A stretch of DNA of 44,621 bases from an uncultured Bacilli bacterium (GCA_944363835.1 CALVVJ010000003.1:1-44621), one strand, 5' to 3'. Counted from the stretch's first letter, positions 28,983 to 42,547 are shown. The notes: generated from the letters alone by a model not told the origin. Made by a program: numbers and translations.

Positions 28983-30191
28983 CTAGTTCATAATTATTTG
29001 ATATGGATCATCAACCGTTCCACTACCACTAACTTTAGCAGTCTTGATGATATTTATAACTGGTCTTACTCCCCGTACTAAAGTTCCGTTAGTATCATAT
29101 TCTAAGCCACCTTCTATATTGACAATAAACGGATAATATAAACTGCCATCAATTCTAGCATTAGTCATCGTATAATAATTTGTTTCTATACTAGAATTAT
29201 ACAAATAATAACTATTATTACTATCTGTACTACCACCAGCCATAACTACTTCATCAGCAGTAAGAAGTCCAATCTTACCATTTTCTGAATAACCTAAACA
29301 CACAAACGTCGGTATTTTATTTGTAACAATTCTATTATATGCCATATAAGTTGTCCCATTTGCTTCTAAAACTGTATCATTACAAAATTTATAATAAGCA
29401 ATATAACTACTATAATCCACCAAATTAGTATCATACCAAGATTCTAAAACATCTAGTATCGCTGATTCATTAAAAGAAGAAGATTCATCATAATAATTAC
29501 TTAATTCTTCAATAATACCATCTAATACTAATTTAACTGAGCCATCACCATTAATTTTGACAATCTTCCAATTATAACCCGCAAATGATACATTGTTGTT
29601 AGTTACAGCTCCCCTAAAGTAATAAGTCACTCCTAAATCATCTTTCGATTCCAATAACCCTTCATCAAGTGTTGCAGCCTCACCAAAAGATGTCAAAGAT
29701 GTACTACTTATATTGTTATTAGAAAGTATCATATCTGCAAAAGAATTCTCTTCATTAGCTCTAAGTCCTATTTTTATAGTCCCTGAATAATTTTCCTTAC
29801 TTGAACTTGTAAAGTTCATTGTATAATTAATAGTCTCATTACTATTAATTGCCACTTGATTATATATTATATCTGACTTCAAAGTATTACTTACATCTAA
29901 ATCATCGGATGACTTAAGTTCATAATTAACATTACTTGCATATACATCCGACAATTGAATATAATAATATTTTTGTTCATCGCTATTATTAGTTACAGAA
30001 AAGGCAATCGTAGCATCACCATTTAAATCAAATGAATCCCCATTAATAAAATTAATCGTCAAATCTCCATCAACCACGATGTTAGACCTTTCAACTACTT
30101 CATTATAAAATAAATAACCCACTCCAACAGATGCACAAGCAATTATCAAAATAAATATAAAAACTAATACTGATTTAAATCTTAATCGCAT
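28983..30191 (-). CDS. Paralog of the DGR-like target family without a GC-rich variable block
   Basis: N-terminal TM; YYFRG...NNNV.F, WKIVKINGDGSVKL, IGLLTADE, GVRPVINI, GSGT.DDPY. Confidence 0.8.
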   Translation of the reverse strand: MRLRFKSVLVFIFILIIACASVGVGYLFYNEVVERSNIVVDGDLTINFINGDSFDLNGDATIAFSVTNNSDEQKYYYIQLSDVYASNVNYELKSSDDLDVSNTLKSDIIYNQVAINSNETINYTMNFTSSSKENYSGTIKIGLRANEENSFADMILSNNNISSTSLTSFGEAATLDEGLLESKDDLGVTYYFRGAVTNNNVSFAGYNWKIVKINGDGSVKLVLDGIIEELSNYYDESSSFNESAILDVLESWYDTNLVDYSSYIAYYKFCNDTVLEANGTTYMAYNRIVTNKIPTFVCLGYSENGKIGLLTADEVVMAGGSTDSNNSYYLYNSSIETNYYTMTNARIDGSLYYPFIVNIEGGLEYDTNGTLVRGVRPVINIIKTAKVSGSGTVDDPYQIIMN

Positions 30192-30291
30192 ATAATCAAT
30201 CCTTTTATTTCTTACGATAATTATACTTTAATAATTCAAATATTGTCAATAAATTTGCCCAAAATCAAGAAAATTTCATATTTCACACAAA

Positions 30292-30313
30292 AAGTTGTGC
30301 CTTCACACAACTT
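30292..30313 (-). terminator. Hairpin/terminator immediately after DGR-like target 2
   Basis: aagttgtg-ccttca-cacaactt plus a U run on the minus strand. Confidence 0.7.
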
Positions 30314-30317
30314 ATAC

Positions 30318-31882
30318 TTAAGCTGAAATTCTGTAGGGATTATCAATTGTTCCATCACCTGACTCAAGTACTACACTAGACTTTAGATAAAAGGTAGGAC
30401 GTACGCCGATGTAGCGGCCCACGCTGTCGCTGTTCACATCACCAAAGTAAATCACGTCGAACGCAGTGTACGTACGGTCCGAACGGCGGGAAATTGTCCA
30501 TTCATATAATCCCATATACATCCAGTTATTATTTGTTGCTGTACTATTATCATAACCACTCATATTTAATGTCCATGCTTCTGGACTTGCTGCATATCCA
30601 TAATCACTTACATACATTAATCCTATCTTTGCATCATATGTTGTGCTTTCTGCTGGATTCACTATTTCATTTTGATATCTGTCTGCACATTTGCAGTTCC
30701 TATATTTGCAAATGTATTTCCTCCTATTTTCCAGTTCGTTGTTGCTATCTTGCTTGACTAGTCACTTCCTAATGAATTTAAGTAATTTGTATTTAAATTT
30801 ACTGTATTTAATTCACTTGTACTCCATGTATTTACGTCTGTTCCATTCCAGTAATATATTGGCACCGTCGATTGGTCTAAACTTCCTTTATAATAACTTG
30901 AATCTCCTCCAAATATTCCTGAATATGATTCATTATAAAAATCACCATCTGTTCCAAGTTGAGCACTAGTTGCATAATCAGCTTTGATTAACTTAACTTG
31001 TCCATTAAATACTCCAATTACTCTATATAGATTATCTGCTGGACATGTTGCTTCATCTGAACCAAAACATACATAGTTATTTGGATTCGCTCCTGCATAT
31101 CTATAACTATTATCATTTGCTCCATTTGCTAAATCAGCATCATGATAATATATTCCATCTACACCATCTCCAGCCTCAGTATTTAACTCTGTTATGCAAC
31201 TTGCCAAATTTCCACCATCAGGACATACATCTGCTAATGTTGTTGGTATTTTTTCTTCTTGAATTATCAAATTTGCACTAAATGACTTTCCTGTATTTGC
31301 ATTTTGATCGGCATCTAAATTTGCAAATATTACTTCTACTTGCCATTCTTGTTCTTCTGTTCCAGTTGATACTATTTCATAATTATCTACTAAAGTTATT
31401 ATTCCTGTAGATGTTGTTATATCAAATTATGTTACTCCCCCACTTGTTTTTCTTTCTAAGCCAGATATACTTTCTACTTCTGCTCCAGTTGGATCTGTTA
31501 CTTTAAGTAGTAATTCTGCTTGTTCATCTTCTGTGGTATATTCAAAATCATTACTTTCGATATTTAAATACACATAATAATTTCTTGTTGCAGTATTCGT
31601 TGCATTATTTGCAGTTAGTATTGCTCTGGCATATGTTTCACCGCTTTTGTTGCCCATACCACTTCCAAAATCTTCCTCATTCGCCGTTATATTTATTGCT
31701 TCACCTATTTGGAATGATAAGTTATCTGTAGTATTAGTTGTAGCATTAATATCGATATTTCCAGAGCCGCCACTTTAAGCTGTGAAATAGGCATATGTTG
31801 CTTCAACTACTACTGCAATAAATGTTAATACTCCTAAGAATGATAATACTAACACCTTTTTTTCATTTGGCTTCTTTTCCAT
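30318..31882 (-). pseudogene. Putative DGR target 2, interrupted by three in-frame stops and one frameshift
   Basis: Starts MEKKPNEKK...ATYAYFTA*; same frame through stops at ~31776, 31427 and 30758; 1-nt deletion near 30680; homologous to 13468-15240 and 40522-42371. Confidence 0.85.
30393..30491 (-). other. DGR-like variable region VR2
   Basis: 58/99 GC; same fixed-codon scaffold as VR1, with differences concentrated in codon positions 1-2 of NNY codons. Confidence 0.8.
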
Positions 31883-31917
31883 ACAAAATATACACTCCTT
31901 CTAAAATTTATAATAAC

Positions 31918-31951
31918 AGTATAACATGTTGCATTTACTTATTTTGTCGAA
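31918..31951 (-). promoter_or_regulatory. Promoter of target 2 with a TGNCGAA (0A-box-like) site
   Basis: agtataaca-N18-tgtcgaa; identical layout at 42391-42424. Confidence 0.5.
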
Positions 31952-32098
31952 TCCTCGTATACTATTAAATTATTTTTCTTGCTAGTTGTGGACTAGCATT
32001 ACTATATTAGTTTTAGAAGAAATATTTCTAAAAGCCAATATATACTGTCAGGCTATACAAAGTTTTTTGTAAACAAAAAGAGAATTGTTACATTCTCC

Positions 32099-33226
32099 TT
32101 AATTCAAATATTTTTTGAAATTTCTAAATTCTGCGCTATCTTCCAAATCAGTCTTAGCTAAATCTTGTAATAAACTCTTTTGTTTTCTATCAAGTTTTGT
32201 TGGAATTATAATATTGACAACTGCATACATATTACCTCGCCCAAAAGAGTTTGGAGTTTTAATTCCTTTACCTTTAAGTTTTAACTTTGTATAGTTTTGC
32301 GTTCCTGGCTTAATATCCAAAATAACATTACCTGTAAGAGTTGGAATTTCTTTCTTACAACCTAATGCTGCATCCGTAATGGTTATTGGCACTTCCAAAT
32401 AGATATCTGCTCCATCTCTTTCAAATAATGGGTGTTCCTTTATTTTAAATTCGATGAATACATCACCATTGGCACCACCATTTACACCTGCATTTCCTTT
32501 ACCACTCAAACGTAATTGGAATCCTTCATCGACACCTTCTGGAATAGTAACTGTAAGAGTCTTTGTTTTATCGACAACACCTTTGCCACGACATTCATCA
32601 CAAATAGTTTCAAATATCTTACCGGCCCCCCGGCAATCAGGACAAGTCTTTTGAGTTTGCATGTAACCAAATATCGTTTGTTGTTGTTCTAATACTCTTC
32701 CTGCACCACCACAAGTGCGACAAGTCTTTTCTCCAAAACCACCTTTACCATGGCAACGAGAACATTCTGCAGTTAAATCTAGTTTTATATCTTTTTCACA
32801 ACCAAAAGCTGCTTCTTCAAAAGTTAGATTTAATACTACTCTTATATCTTTACCCCGACTTGCTCTAGTACTACTTCCACTTCTTCTTGAACCACCAAAG
32901 CCAAAGCCACCGAAAGCACCACCAAATAAATCATTTAAAATATCATCTAAATTAATGTCTCCCGGATCAAATCCACTAAAGCCACCAGAAGCACCACCAC
33001 CATTTTGGAAAGCTGAATGGCCGAATTGATCATATTGACGTGTTTTATTTGGGTCAGATAAAACGGCATACGCTTCGCCAATTTCTTTAAACTTTTCTTC
33101 TGCTCCCGGTTCTTTATTTATATCTGGGTGATATTGTTTAGCCAACTTTCTAAATGCTCTTTTTATTTCTTCATCAGTTGCTGACTTACTAACACCTAAT
33201 ACTTCATAATAATCTTTTTTATTCAT
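32099..33226 (-). CDS. dnaJ: Chaperone DnaJ
   Basis: [13 protein letters not shown]-rich linker, four CxxCxGxG motifs. Confidence 0.98.
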   Translation of the reverse strand: MNKKDYYEVLGVSKSATDEEIKRAFRKLAKQYHPDINKEPGAEEKFKEIGEAYAVLSDPNKTRQYDQFGHSAFQNGGGASGGFSGFDPGDINLDDILNDLFGGAFGGFGFGGSRRSGSSTRASRGKDIRVVLNLTFEEAAFGCEKDIKLDLTAECSRCHGKGGFGEKTCRTCGGAGRVLEQQQTIFGYMQTQKTCPDCRGAGKIFETICDECRGKGVVDKTKTLTVTIPEGVDEGFQLRLSGKGNAGVNGGANGDVFIEFKIKEHPLFERDGADIYLEVPITITDAALGCKKEIPTLTGNVILDIKPGTQNYTKLKLKGKGIKTPNSFGRGNMYAVVNIIIPTKLDRKQKSLLQDLAKTDLEDSAEFRNFKKYLN

Positions 33227-34511
33227 CTTGTTCACCTCCAGCAAGAGCAATATTACTTAACAATAATGAAGGAGATAATACATCTATTCTACTATGCGAC
33301 ATATCATTACCAACACTTATAACATTAGAAAGCAATTCAAAGATATTAGTAGATAAAACAATCATATCTACACCTTTAGTAATAACACCATTTTCAACTA
33401 AATAACCAGAAACTGGAATTGAAATATTGCCACTTTTAACATCAATACCTGAGTGTAATCCCATAGCCTCATCAATAATAATACCATTATCTAATTCTTT
33501 AATTAATTCATCATACGTATTATTACCACTTACTATATGCATATTAAATACTCCACTAGCATTACCAGTTTCACTCTCATTACTCTTAATAGCATATTCA
33601 ATATTATTTAGTTTTTTTATAAATACACCATTATCAATAATTTTCTTCGTTGTTGTTTTAGTTCCTTCCGTATCAAAATACTTTCTATATATAGCAGACT
33701 CACTAAATGGTTCTTCAACTATACTTATTTTATCACTAAATACTTTCTTATTAAATTTATCAACTAATATTGATTCATTTTGCATAATATTCTTTGTATA
33801 AAACATCGATACAAAAGCCGCTAATATATCTGCTACAATGTTATTTTTTATAATTATATTATATCGATCTGTTTTTAAAGAAGTACTATTAAGTTTATAC
33901 TTTAATCCTTCTAAAGAAGTAATAATCTCTTCTTTAAAACCATTAAAATCATAATTTTTAGCAAAATAAGTTATATAAGATACTTTACTTTTTTCTTTAT
34001 AATTAACTGAAACACCTGCTGCAAATACATGATAATAATCACTACTTTTAAGATTGCTTGAAGCATTTTTTATCGTTATACTATTATTTGCATATTCATA
34101 CTCTAATTCTAAGTTAGCAAGATTAGGATACTTATCTTTTAATTCATATAAATTTCTTAAATCTTTACTTACTTTATTATAATTAGTTACATCTTTATCT
34201 TTATTTAATTTAGAAATATTCCCTTTACTTAAATAATTTTTATTATCATTATCTTGTATATCTAATATTGTTTTAATATTAGATATTATTTTTTCAGGAT
34301 TTTTTAAACTTTCAACTTCTAGCTTTACACATTTATTATCTTTAATTGCTTTAATTAAATAACTTTTGACCTTAGTTACTTGATAATGTTTTTCTTGCTT
34401 ATTTAAAACTCCAATATCAACACTTTCTGTTTTACTTTCATTTATTTCTAAATCGATATTACTTTTTTTAGCAAGGTTTATAAGTTTATTGTGCACTTTG
34501 TTCACCTCCAA
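33219..34511 (-). CDS. TldE/PmbA-family protein
   Basis: FD.EG, GLHSG....SG.ISIP..GY..ENG, SPSL; paired with tldD. Confidence 0.85.
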   Translation of the reverse strand: MEVNKVHNKLINLAKKSNIDLEINESKTESVDIGVLNKQEKHYQVTKVKSYLIKAIKDNKCVKLEVESLKNPEKIISNIKTILDIQDNDNKNYLSKGNISKLNKDKDVTNYNKVSKDLRNLYELKDKYPNLANLELEYEYANNSITIKNASSNLKSSDYYHVFAAGVSVNYKEKSKVSYITYFAKNYDFNGFKEEIITSLEGLKYKLNSTSLKTDRYNIIIKNNIVADILAAFVSMFYTKNIMQNESILVDKFNKKVFSDKISIVEEPFSESAIYRKYFDTEGTKTTTKKIIDNGVFIKKLNNIEYAIKSNESETGNASGVFNMHIVSGNNTYDELIKELDNGIIIDEAMGLHSGIDVKSGNISIPVSGYLVENGVITKGVDMIVLSTNIFELLSNVISVGNDMSHSRIDVLSPSLLLSNIALAGGEQDE

Positions 34512-35862
34512 CTAAGATGCTGCTTACTTTAATCGTCGGTTCTCCAACATTAACAGGAACACTACCACTAGTAGAACCACACATACCAGGTCCTAAAGCT
34601 AAGTCATTACTAATCATTTCGACATTTTGTAAAATTTCTTTAGTTGTTCCAATAAGACTAGCAGATTTCACACATTCTGCAATCTTGCCATCTCTTATCA
34701 TATAAGCAAGATCACAGCCAAAGTTAAATTCTCCAGTCTCTGGACTAACTTGACCACCACCTAGTCTTTTAGCATAAAGTCCCAATTTAATACTTTTAAT
34801 CATATCTTCAAATGAATCATTACCTGGAAGTAAATATGTGTTATTCATTCTTGAAGTTGGAGCAAACAAATATGATTCTCTTCGGCCGCTTCCCGTAACA
34901 CTCATATTCATCTTCTTAGTATTAATTTCATCAACCAAATAGCCAACTAAAAGCCCATCTTTAATTAAAATGTTGCGTTTAGTTTCACAACCTTCATCAT
35001 CAATTTTAGTGCTTCCCCATTCTCTATCAAGTGTTCCATCATCGACGATATTCACAATTTCTGATGCTACTTTTTTATTTAAGTCATGAGCCAAAACAGA
35101 CATTCCATCAGCAACAGAAGTTGCTTCCATAGCGTGTCCACAAGCTTCATGGAATATTACTCCACCAAAACCAGGACCAATTACCACCGGCATAACTCCC
35201 CCAGGACATGGCTTAGCATATAATTTGTCTAACCCTTCCTTAACAAGTTCATCGATTACTTCATCATAATTGATACTATCGAGAATATCTGCACTACTAG
35301 ATAAGCCTTTACTATAATAAATATTTGCTAACTTATCGTCATCTTTAAAATTGATAATTATAAATATTCTACTTCTAATCCTATTTTCATATTTATATAA
35401 TCCCGTTTGATTAGCAATAGTTACATCTTGCAGCGTACTTGCAAACCTTATGTTAACTTGACTAATCCTCTTATCCTTCGGCCAAATTTTAGCATCAATA
35501 CTAGCAAGTTTTGCTTTAATATCTGCATCAGTATAATGAGTATTAGTATCATTTATATATTTTTTTAATCTATTAAGTTTAATATTCTTATACTTTACTT
35601 CACTATCTATATTTTTAGTTAAATTACTAATTACATCCTTAATCCCTTTACTAGAAAAATCATTAGTAGCACCATAATATTCTTGATTATCTAAAGCAAT
35701 TCTTAATCCTAAACCATTACTTTCATTAATAGTTAAAACATCTAACTTTTTATCAATATAATTAAATACTTTAGTACTATTACTTTCTAAAAAGACTTCA
35801 GCAAAATCCGCACCCGTAGTAACTAACTCATTAAGAATTGTCTCTATTCTTTCTCTTTTCAT
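34486..35862 (-). CDS. tldD: TldD-family metalloprotease
   Basis: HEACGH, DDEG, GRRESY...P.SRM.NT, GMCG...G.VPV..G.P. Confidence 0.92.
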   Translation of the reverse strand: MKRERIETILNELVTTGADFAEVFLESNSTKVFNYIDKKLDVLTINESNGLGLRIALDNQEYYGATNDFSSKGIKDVISNLTKNIDSEVKYKNIKLNRLKKYINDTNTHYTDADIKAKLASIDAKIWPKDKRISQVNIRFASTLQDVTIANQTGLYKYENRIRSRIFIIINFKDDDKLANIYYSKGLSSSADILDSINYDEVIDELVKEGLDKLYAKPCPGGVMPVVIGPGFGGVIFHEACGHAMEATSVADGMSVLAHDLNKKVASEIVNIVDDGTLDREWGSTKIDDEGCETKRNILIKDGLLVGYLVDEINTKKMNMSVTGSGRRESYLFAPTSRMNNTYLLPGNDSFEDMIKSIKLGLYAKRLGGGQVSPETGEFNFGCDLAYMIRDGKIAECVKSASLIGTTKEILQNVEMISNDLALGPGMCGSTSGSVPVNVGEPTIKVSSILVGGEQSAQ

Positions 35863-35881
35863 ATATCTCCTAACCAAGTAA

Positions 35882-35902
35882 AGAGAGAGTTAAGCTCTCT
35901 CT
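35882..35902 (-). terminator. Terminator after dnaK
   Basis: agagagag-ttaag-ctctctct inverted repeat. Confidence 0.7.
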
Positions 35903-35922
35903 TCCTTAATAAATTATATTAA

Positions 35923-38245
<2,323 letters not shown>

Positions 38246-38246
<1 letters not shown>

Positions 38247-38782
38247 TATTCATTAACCTTTACCATCGCAACCCGAATAACTTTATCTTTATATGTATAT
38301 CCTTTTTGCAGCACTTCCAACACGACATTTGCCGGTAGGTTTTCATCTTTTTCTGTTAGAACAGCTTCCATCTTATTAGGGTCAAATTCTAATCCTTGAC
38401 AATCTATAACTTTAACTTCCATGCCATCTAAGATATTAAGTAAATTCGTATAAATCATCTTAAATCCACTCAAGAACTTAGATAATTCATCAGTTAAATC
38501 GCGATCATCAAGACTAATTGCTCTTTCAAAATTATCGACGATAGCTAACAACTTAACGACTAGTTCTTCACCATCATACTTATAGATATTACTAATTTCT
38601 TCTTCATATCTTCTTCGCATATTTTGCATTTCTGCATTGATTCTTAAAACTTTTTCGTTAAGCACTATATTTTCTTCTCTTAACTTTTTTTCTATTTCAC
38701 TATCCTTACTAACTTTTTTCTTTTCCGGTTTCTTCTTTTCTTTTACATTTTTAACCTTGACTTTTTCTTCAGTTTTTTCCAT
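38246..38782 (-). CDS. grpE: Nucleotide exchange factor GrpE
   Basis: AE..N.RRR, DNFERA, FDP...EAV, QKGY....VIR.AMV.V. Confidence 0.96.
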
Positions 38783-39794
38783 CTTTTTCCTTTCTGCTAT
38801 CTAACTTTTCATCAACATATTCGAGTAAGCTTACAATCCGTCCATAATCCATTCTCTTAGGGCCAATCACCGCAATTGTACCATCTTCCCCATTAATATG
38901 ATATTTCTTTCGAATAATTGTCACATTAGGGTCAAATTCTGATTCATCACCAATATAAATTTTAATTTCATTTTCATCGTCATCATGTGACTTACTAACT
39001 TTTTCAATGAAATCGATATCTTCTAGTTTATTAGCTAGTCTCTTAAGTTCAGCAACATCATTATATTCCGGTTGTTCAAATATCTTTGTTCTCCCCGTTA
39101 CATGTATATTACTATTATTACTTACGAAATCATTAAAAGCATCATAGAATATATTATATACTGTTTCATATTGTCTAATCTGTCTTTTAATAATTGGTTT
39201 AACATCAGTTTCTAGCCTTGCACTAACTTCATTAATTGGTGTCCCCACTAGCATTTTATTAATAAGTTCACTTGTTTTAATGACTTCATTAATATTAATG
39301 TTACTAGGAAGGTTAAATATCTTATTTTCGACATTTCCCTTATCAGTACATACAACTGCCACTACTTGTGAATCACTAAGAGCAATAATATTAACTTGTA
39401 ACAAATTATTATCAGCGCTGCTCTTACCTAAAACAACACTTGTATAATTAGTTATATCACTAATTATTTCCATGCATTTAGTTATTGCATCACTAAGTTC
39501 TAATTCATTATTAGCAAAAATACTCTGTAGTTTTAACATATCACTACCAGTAATCTTTTCTGCTTCCATCAAATGTTCGATGTAATAGCGATATCCTGCT
39601 TCACTCGGTACTCTACCTGACGATATATGATTCTTTTCAATATATCCCAAATCTTCTAAAACCGCCATTTCATTTCTAATTGTTGCACTAGAACAATCAA
39701 ATTTAGAACATAGTGCTTTAGATCCGACCGGTTTAGCAGTCTTAATGTAAACTTCAACAATTTCTTTTAACAGATTATTTCTTCTTTCGTCCAT
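38769..39794 (-). CDS. hrcA: Heat-inducible transcription repressor HrcA
   Basis: PVGSK, SSATIRNEM..LE..G, H.SSGRVPS..GYRYY, IGPKRMDY. Confidence 0.97.
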   Translation of the reverse strand: MDERRNNLLKEIVEVYIKTAKPVGSKALCSKFDCSSATIRNEMAVLEDLGYIEKNHISSGRVPSEAGYRYYIEHLMEAEKITGSDMLKLQSIFANNELELSDAITKCMEIISDITNYTSVVLGKSSADNNLLQVNIIALSDSQVVAVVCTDKGNVENKIFNLPSNININEVIKTSELINKMLVGTPINEVSARLETDVKPIIKRQIRQYETVYNIFYDAFNDFVSNNSNIHVTGRTKIFEQPEYNDVAELKRLANKLEDIDFIEKVSKSHDDDENEIKIYIGDESEFDPNVTIIRKKYHINGEDGTIAVIGPKRMDYGRIVSLLEYVDEKLDSRKEKDGKN

Positions 39795-39806
39795 AATCTT
39801 ACCTCT

Positions 39807-39833
39807 TTAGCACTTGCTTTATCACAGTGCTAA
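39807..39833. promoter_or_regulatory. CIRCE operator
   Basis: TTAGCACTT-N9-CAGTGCTAA versus consensus TTAGCACTC-N9-GAGTGCTAA, upstream of hrcA. Confidence 0.92.
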
Positions 39834-39837
39834 ATAC

Positions 39838-39880
39838 ATTATAATATTATGCTTAGCACTTGTCAATATATAACTGCTAA
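39838..39880 (-). promoter_or_regulatory. hrcA promoter with a second degenerate CIRCE-like site
   Basis: TTGACA(39861-66)-17 nt-TATAAT(39838-43); TTAGCACTT-N10-AACTGCTAA at 39853-39880. Confidence 0.75.
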
Positions 39881-39944
39881 TTTTTGAAAAATTTGACAAA
39901 CTATCTCCAAAATGTTAAAATAACACCCAAAAAAGGGGGATATC

Positions 39945-40436
39945 ATGAAAAAGAAACATGAATATTTTTTAGAAGTTCCAGCACAAAAAGTCAATGGAAC
40001 TACTTTTGTTGATGCTAATTTTTTAATTCGTCTTCTAGACTTTAGTAAAGAATTAGAAAAAAGTATCACTTCTGCATCTTTTAAAGAAGAAGTAAGAAGA
40101 ATATGGAGCGACTGTCTAGCCCATGGCCCAAGACCTTGGGAAAACAAAGATAACATTATTGGAGAAGCCTTAATGGTCGACTACCCATTTGATAAAGAAA
40201 AATTAGCTAGTCATGCCGAAGAAATATATAATCTTATTTCTTTAGTTCACACCGCAACAACTTATGAAGAATTAAAATTTTTAGACAATGGCAAAAAATG
40301 GAGTGAACTCCGCCAACCAGTAAGTTTCCTAATGGCCCTAGGCAATGCTCTAAAACTAATTGACTTCAAAAACGACCGAACAACTTGGAGTGAAGAAGAA
40401 AGCAAGAATCCAGAAATCACATTTACACTAAAATAA
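39945..40436 (+). CDS. Hypothetical protein
   Basis: 163-aa ORF with GGGGG RBS and a terminator at 40432-40460. Confidence 0.75.
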   Translation: MKKKHEYFLEVPAQKVNGTTFVDANFLIRLLDFSKELEKSITSASFKEEVRRIWSDCLAHGPRPWENKDNIIGEALMVDYPFDKEKLASHAEEIYNLISLVHTATTYEELKFLDNGKKWSELRQPVSFLMALGNALKLIDFKNDRTTWSEEESKNPEITFTLK

Positions 40437-40460
40437 GCCGCAGATTGCGACTTATTTTTT
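40432..40460. terminator. Intrinsic, probably bidirectional, terminator
   Basis: aataagccgc-agatt-gcgacttatt plus a T run. Confidence 0.75.
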
Positions 40461-40521
40461 GTTTGTTGATAACTCGGCGGCCTCCGGGCGGAGACTGCCG
40501 CCAGCGGAGGCTTAAAGGTTC

Positions 40522-42371
40522 TCACACTGCTAAAGTATATGGATCACTTAAAGTTCCGCTTCCTCCATTAAGTTCTACATTAGATTCTAGATAAAAGACT
40601 GGCCTAGCGGCATACACGTTGTGCGCGTTGCTGCCGGGCAAGTTGCCGCTGCCGGTCACATAAAACACGAGGTTACTGCTCACCGAAATCGGAGTTATTG
40701 TCCATTCAAAAAGCCCCATATACATCCAATTGTTTGAGGTTATTGTTGAATTATTATAACCATTTAAGTTTGTCACCCACGCATCAGGACTTGCTGCATA
40801 TCCATAATCACTTGGATACATTAATCCTATTTCATCACTATATGTTGTTGAATTACTTCCATATCCCGCATTATTTCTTTCTCCATCATAAAATGCTTTT
40901 GCTGTATTACTATTTGATGTCATTCCTCCTAGATGCCATGTTGTTTCTGCTATTAAGTTTTGCCATGTTGCACCTAAATAATTCCAATAATTGGTATTTA
41001 GATTTATTTTATTAAATTCACTTGTTGTCCAGTTATTTGATCCAACACTACTTACACTTGTATCATAATTCCATCTATATCCTGCTATTGTACTAGTATC
41101 CATACTTCCTTTATAACTTGAAGTTGGATATGAATACGTACCATAATAATCTCTTCCATCCGTTCCTAACATATCACTTGTTGTATAATCAGCCTTTATT
41201 AATTTTACCTTTCCATCAAATACACCGATGATTCTATATAGGTTTTCTGTTGGGCAGGTTCCTTCATTGCTACCAAAACATACATAATTATTTGGATTGG
41301 CTCCGGCATAGCGATATGAATTATCACCTGAATCAAGGATTACTTTTTCCATAGTTCCACTACCAACATTAATCATTAAAACGGCGGAATCTACCGTAAT
41401 TGCTGCATGTCCATTACATGATTCTTGCGATACTGGAGTATTATTATTCATATCTGTATATACAGTTGCTCCACTAGTTGTCACACAAGTTCCATTGTTC
41501 CATGTTACCTCTTCAATCACTCCTTGTTCTAAACCACCAGTAATTACTGATGCATCATAATACATTCCAGCAAATGAATAAACTGTACTACAATTTTCTG
41601 CACTAGTCGAGATTCCGCTTGGAAATGATGATACTTGGTTGCCTTCAAACATACAATATTCATTTTCACTAGTATATGTACCATTATGATAATATAATCC
41701 ATTTGTTTCTGGATTTTCTTCGTTATATAACCTTGCTATATCACATGCCATTGTGCCTGGCTCACATATTTCATGATAATTTGTTACATCTTTACAGTAA
41801 ATGTCCAATCTTGTACTGTTGCATCTGTACTTGAATTTGATGTTATTTCATATAAACTTGCTATGTTAATTAAACCAGATGCTGTTGTTATATCAAAACC
41901 TTTGGTAATAGTTCCATCAGCATTTTCTGCTTCTACATATTTTAAATCACTATTCGCTAGTTTTGTAACAGGATTTCCTTCTGGATCTGTTATAGTAAGT
42001 ACTATTTCTGATTTATTATATTCTGTTGTATATGTATAATCATTAGACTTAATATTAAAGTATACATAATAATCATATGTTGCTGTTTCATCAGTTGAAT
42101 TAGCAAGTAATGTTGCTGTACCAACTGCAGTATCAGATAAACCTCCACCGCCTTCAGTTACATTAAATTGGGTTGGATTTAAACTTATATCTTTATCTAC
42201 ACTAAATTGTAAATTGTCTGTTGTATCAGCAGTAACATTAGCATTACCTATTGCTCCATCTGATATTTGCCCTACAACATATGCTAATGTTACTCCAATG
42301 AACACTACTAGAACACTAACAATTATAATTAATCTTTTCTTCTTATCATCTAATTCTTTAAACTTTAACAT
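40522..42371 (-). pseudogene. Putative DGR target 3, split into two ORFs by a frameshifting deletion near 41790-41810
   Basis: 41784-42371 matches the N-terminal half of target 2 (TTDNL.F, YYVY.NI.SND..YTT, TDP.G, FDITT..G); 40522-41808 matches the C-terminal half; the linker seen in target 2 is missing. Confidence 0.8.
40597..40695 (-). other. DGR-like variable region VR3
   Basis: 58/99 GC; G-ending codons at the same scaffold positions as VR1 and VR2; nearly all variable codons are NNY, including four AAC. Confidence 0.78.
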
Positions 42372-42390
42372 AAAATAAACCTCCAACTAA

Positions 42391-42424
42391 AGTATAACAA
42401 ATAAAAATTACAAATTATGCCGAA
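42391..42424 (-). promoter_or_regulatory. Promoter of target 3 with a TGNCGAA (0A-box-like) site
   Basis: agtataaca-N18-tgccgaa, same layout as 31918-31951. Confidence 0.5.
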
Positions 42425-42547
42425 CGATGTCTAAACCTAAAAAGTTGAATGACGCCCCTAGGCTATATAAATATTATAGAAAAAATATTTTTAAAAATCA
42501 ATATGCAAATTTTGTCTAAGATTTATTTTATATTAAAAAAAGAAGAA

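Noticed and set aside
30758-31780. Stop-codon reassignment explaining the in-frame stops in target 2
   Set aside because: The stops are both TAA and TAG, both are used as normal stops elsewhere in the window, and a frameshift is also present.
40470-40520. HDV-like ribozyme or c-di-GMP-I riboswitch
   Set aside because: GCC-UCCGCU-GGC resembles HDV P3/L3 but no P1 or P2 partners were found; the GGCAAA/GAAA core of c-di-GMP-I is missing.
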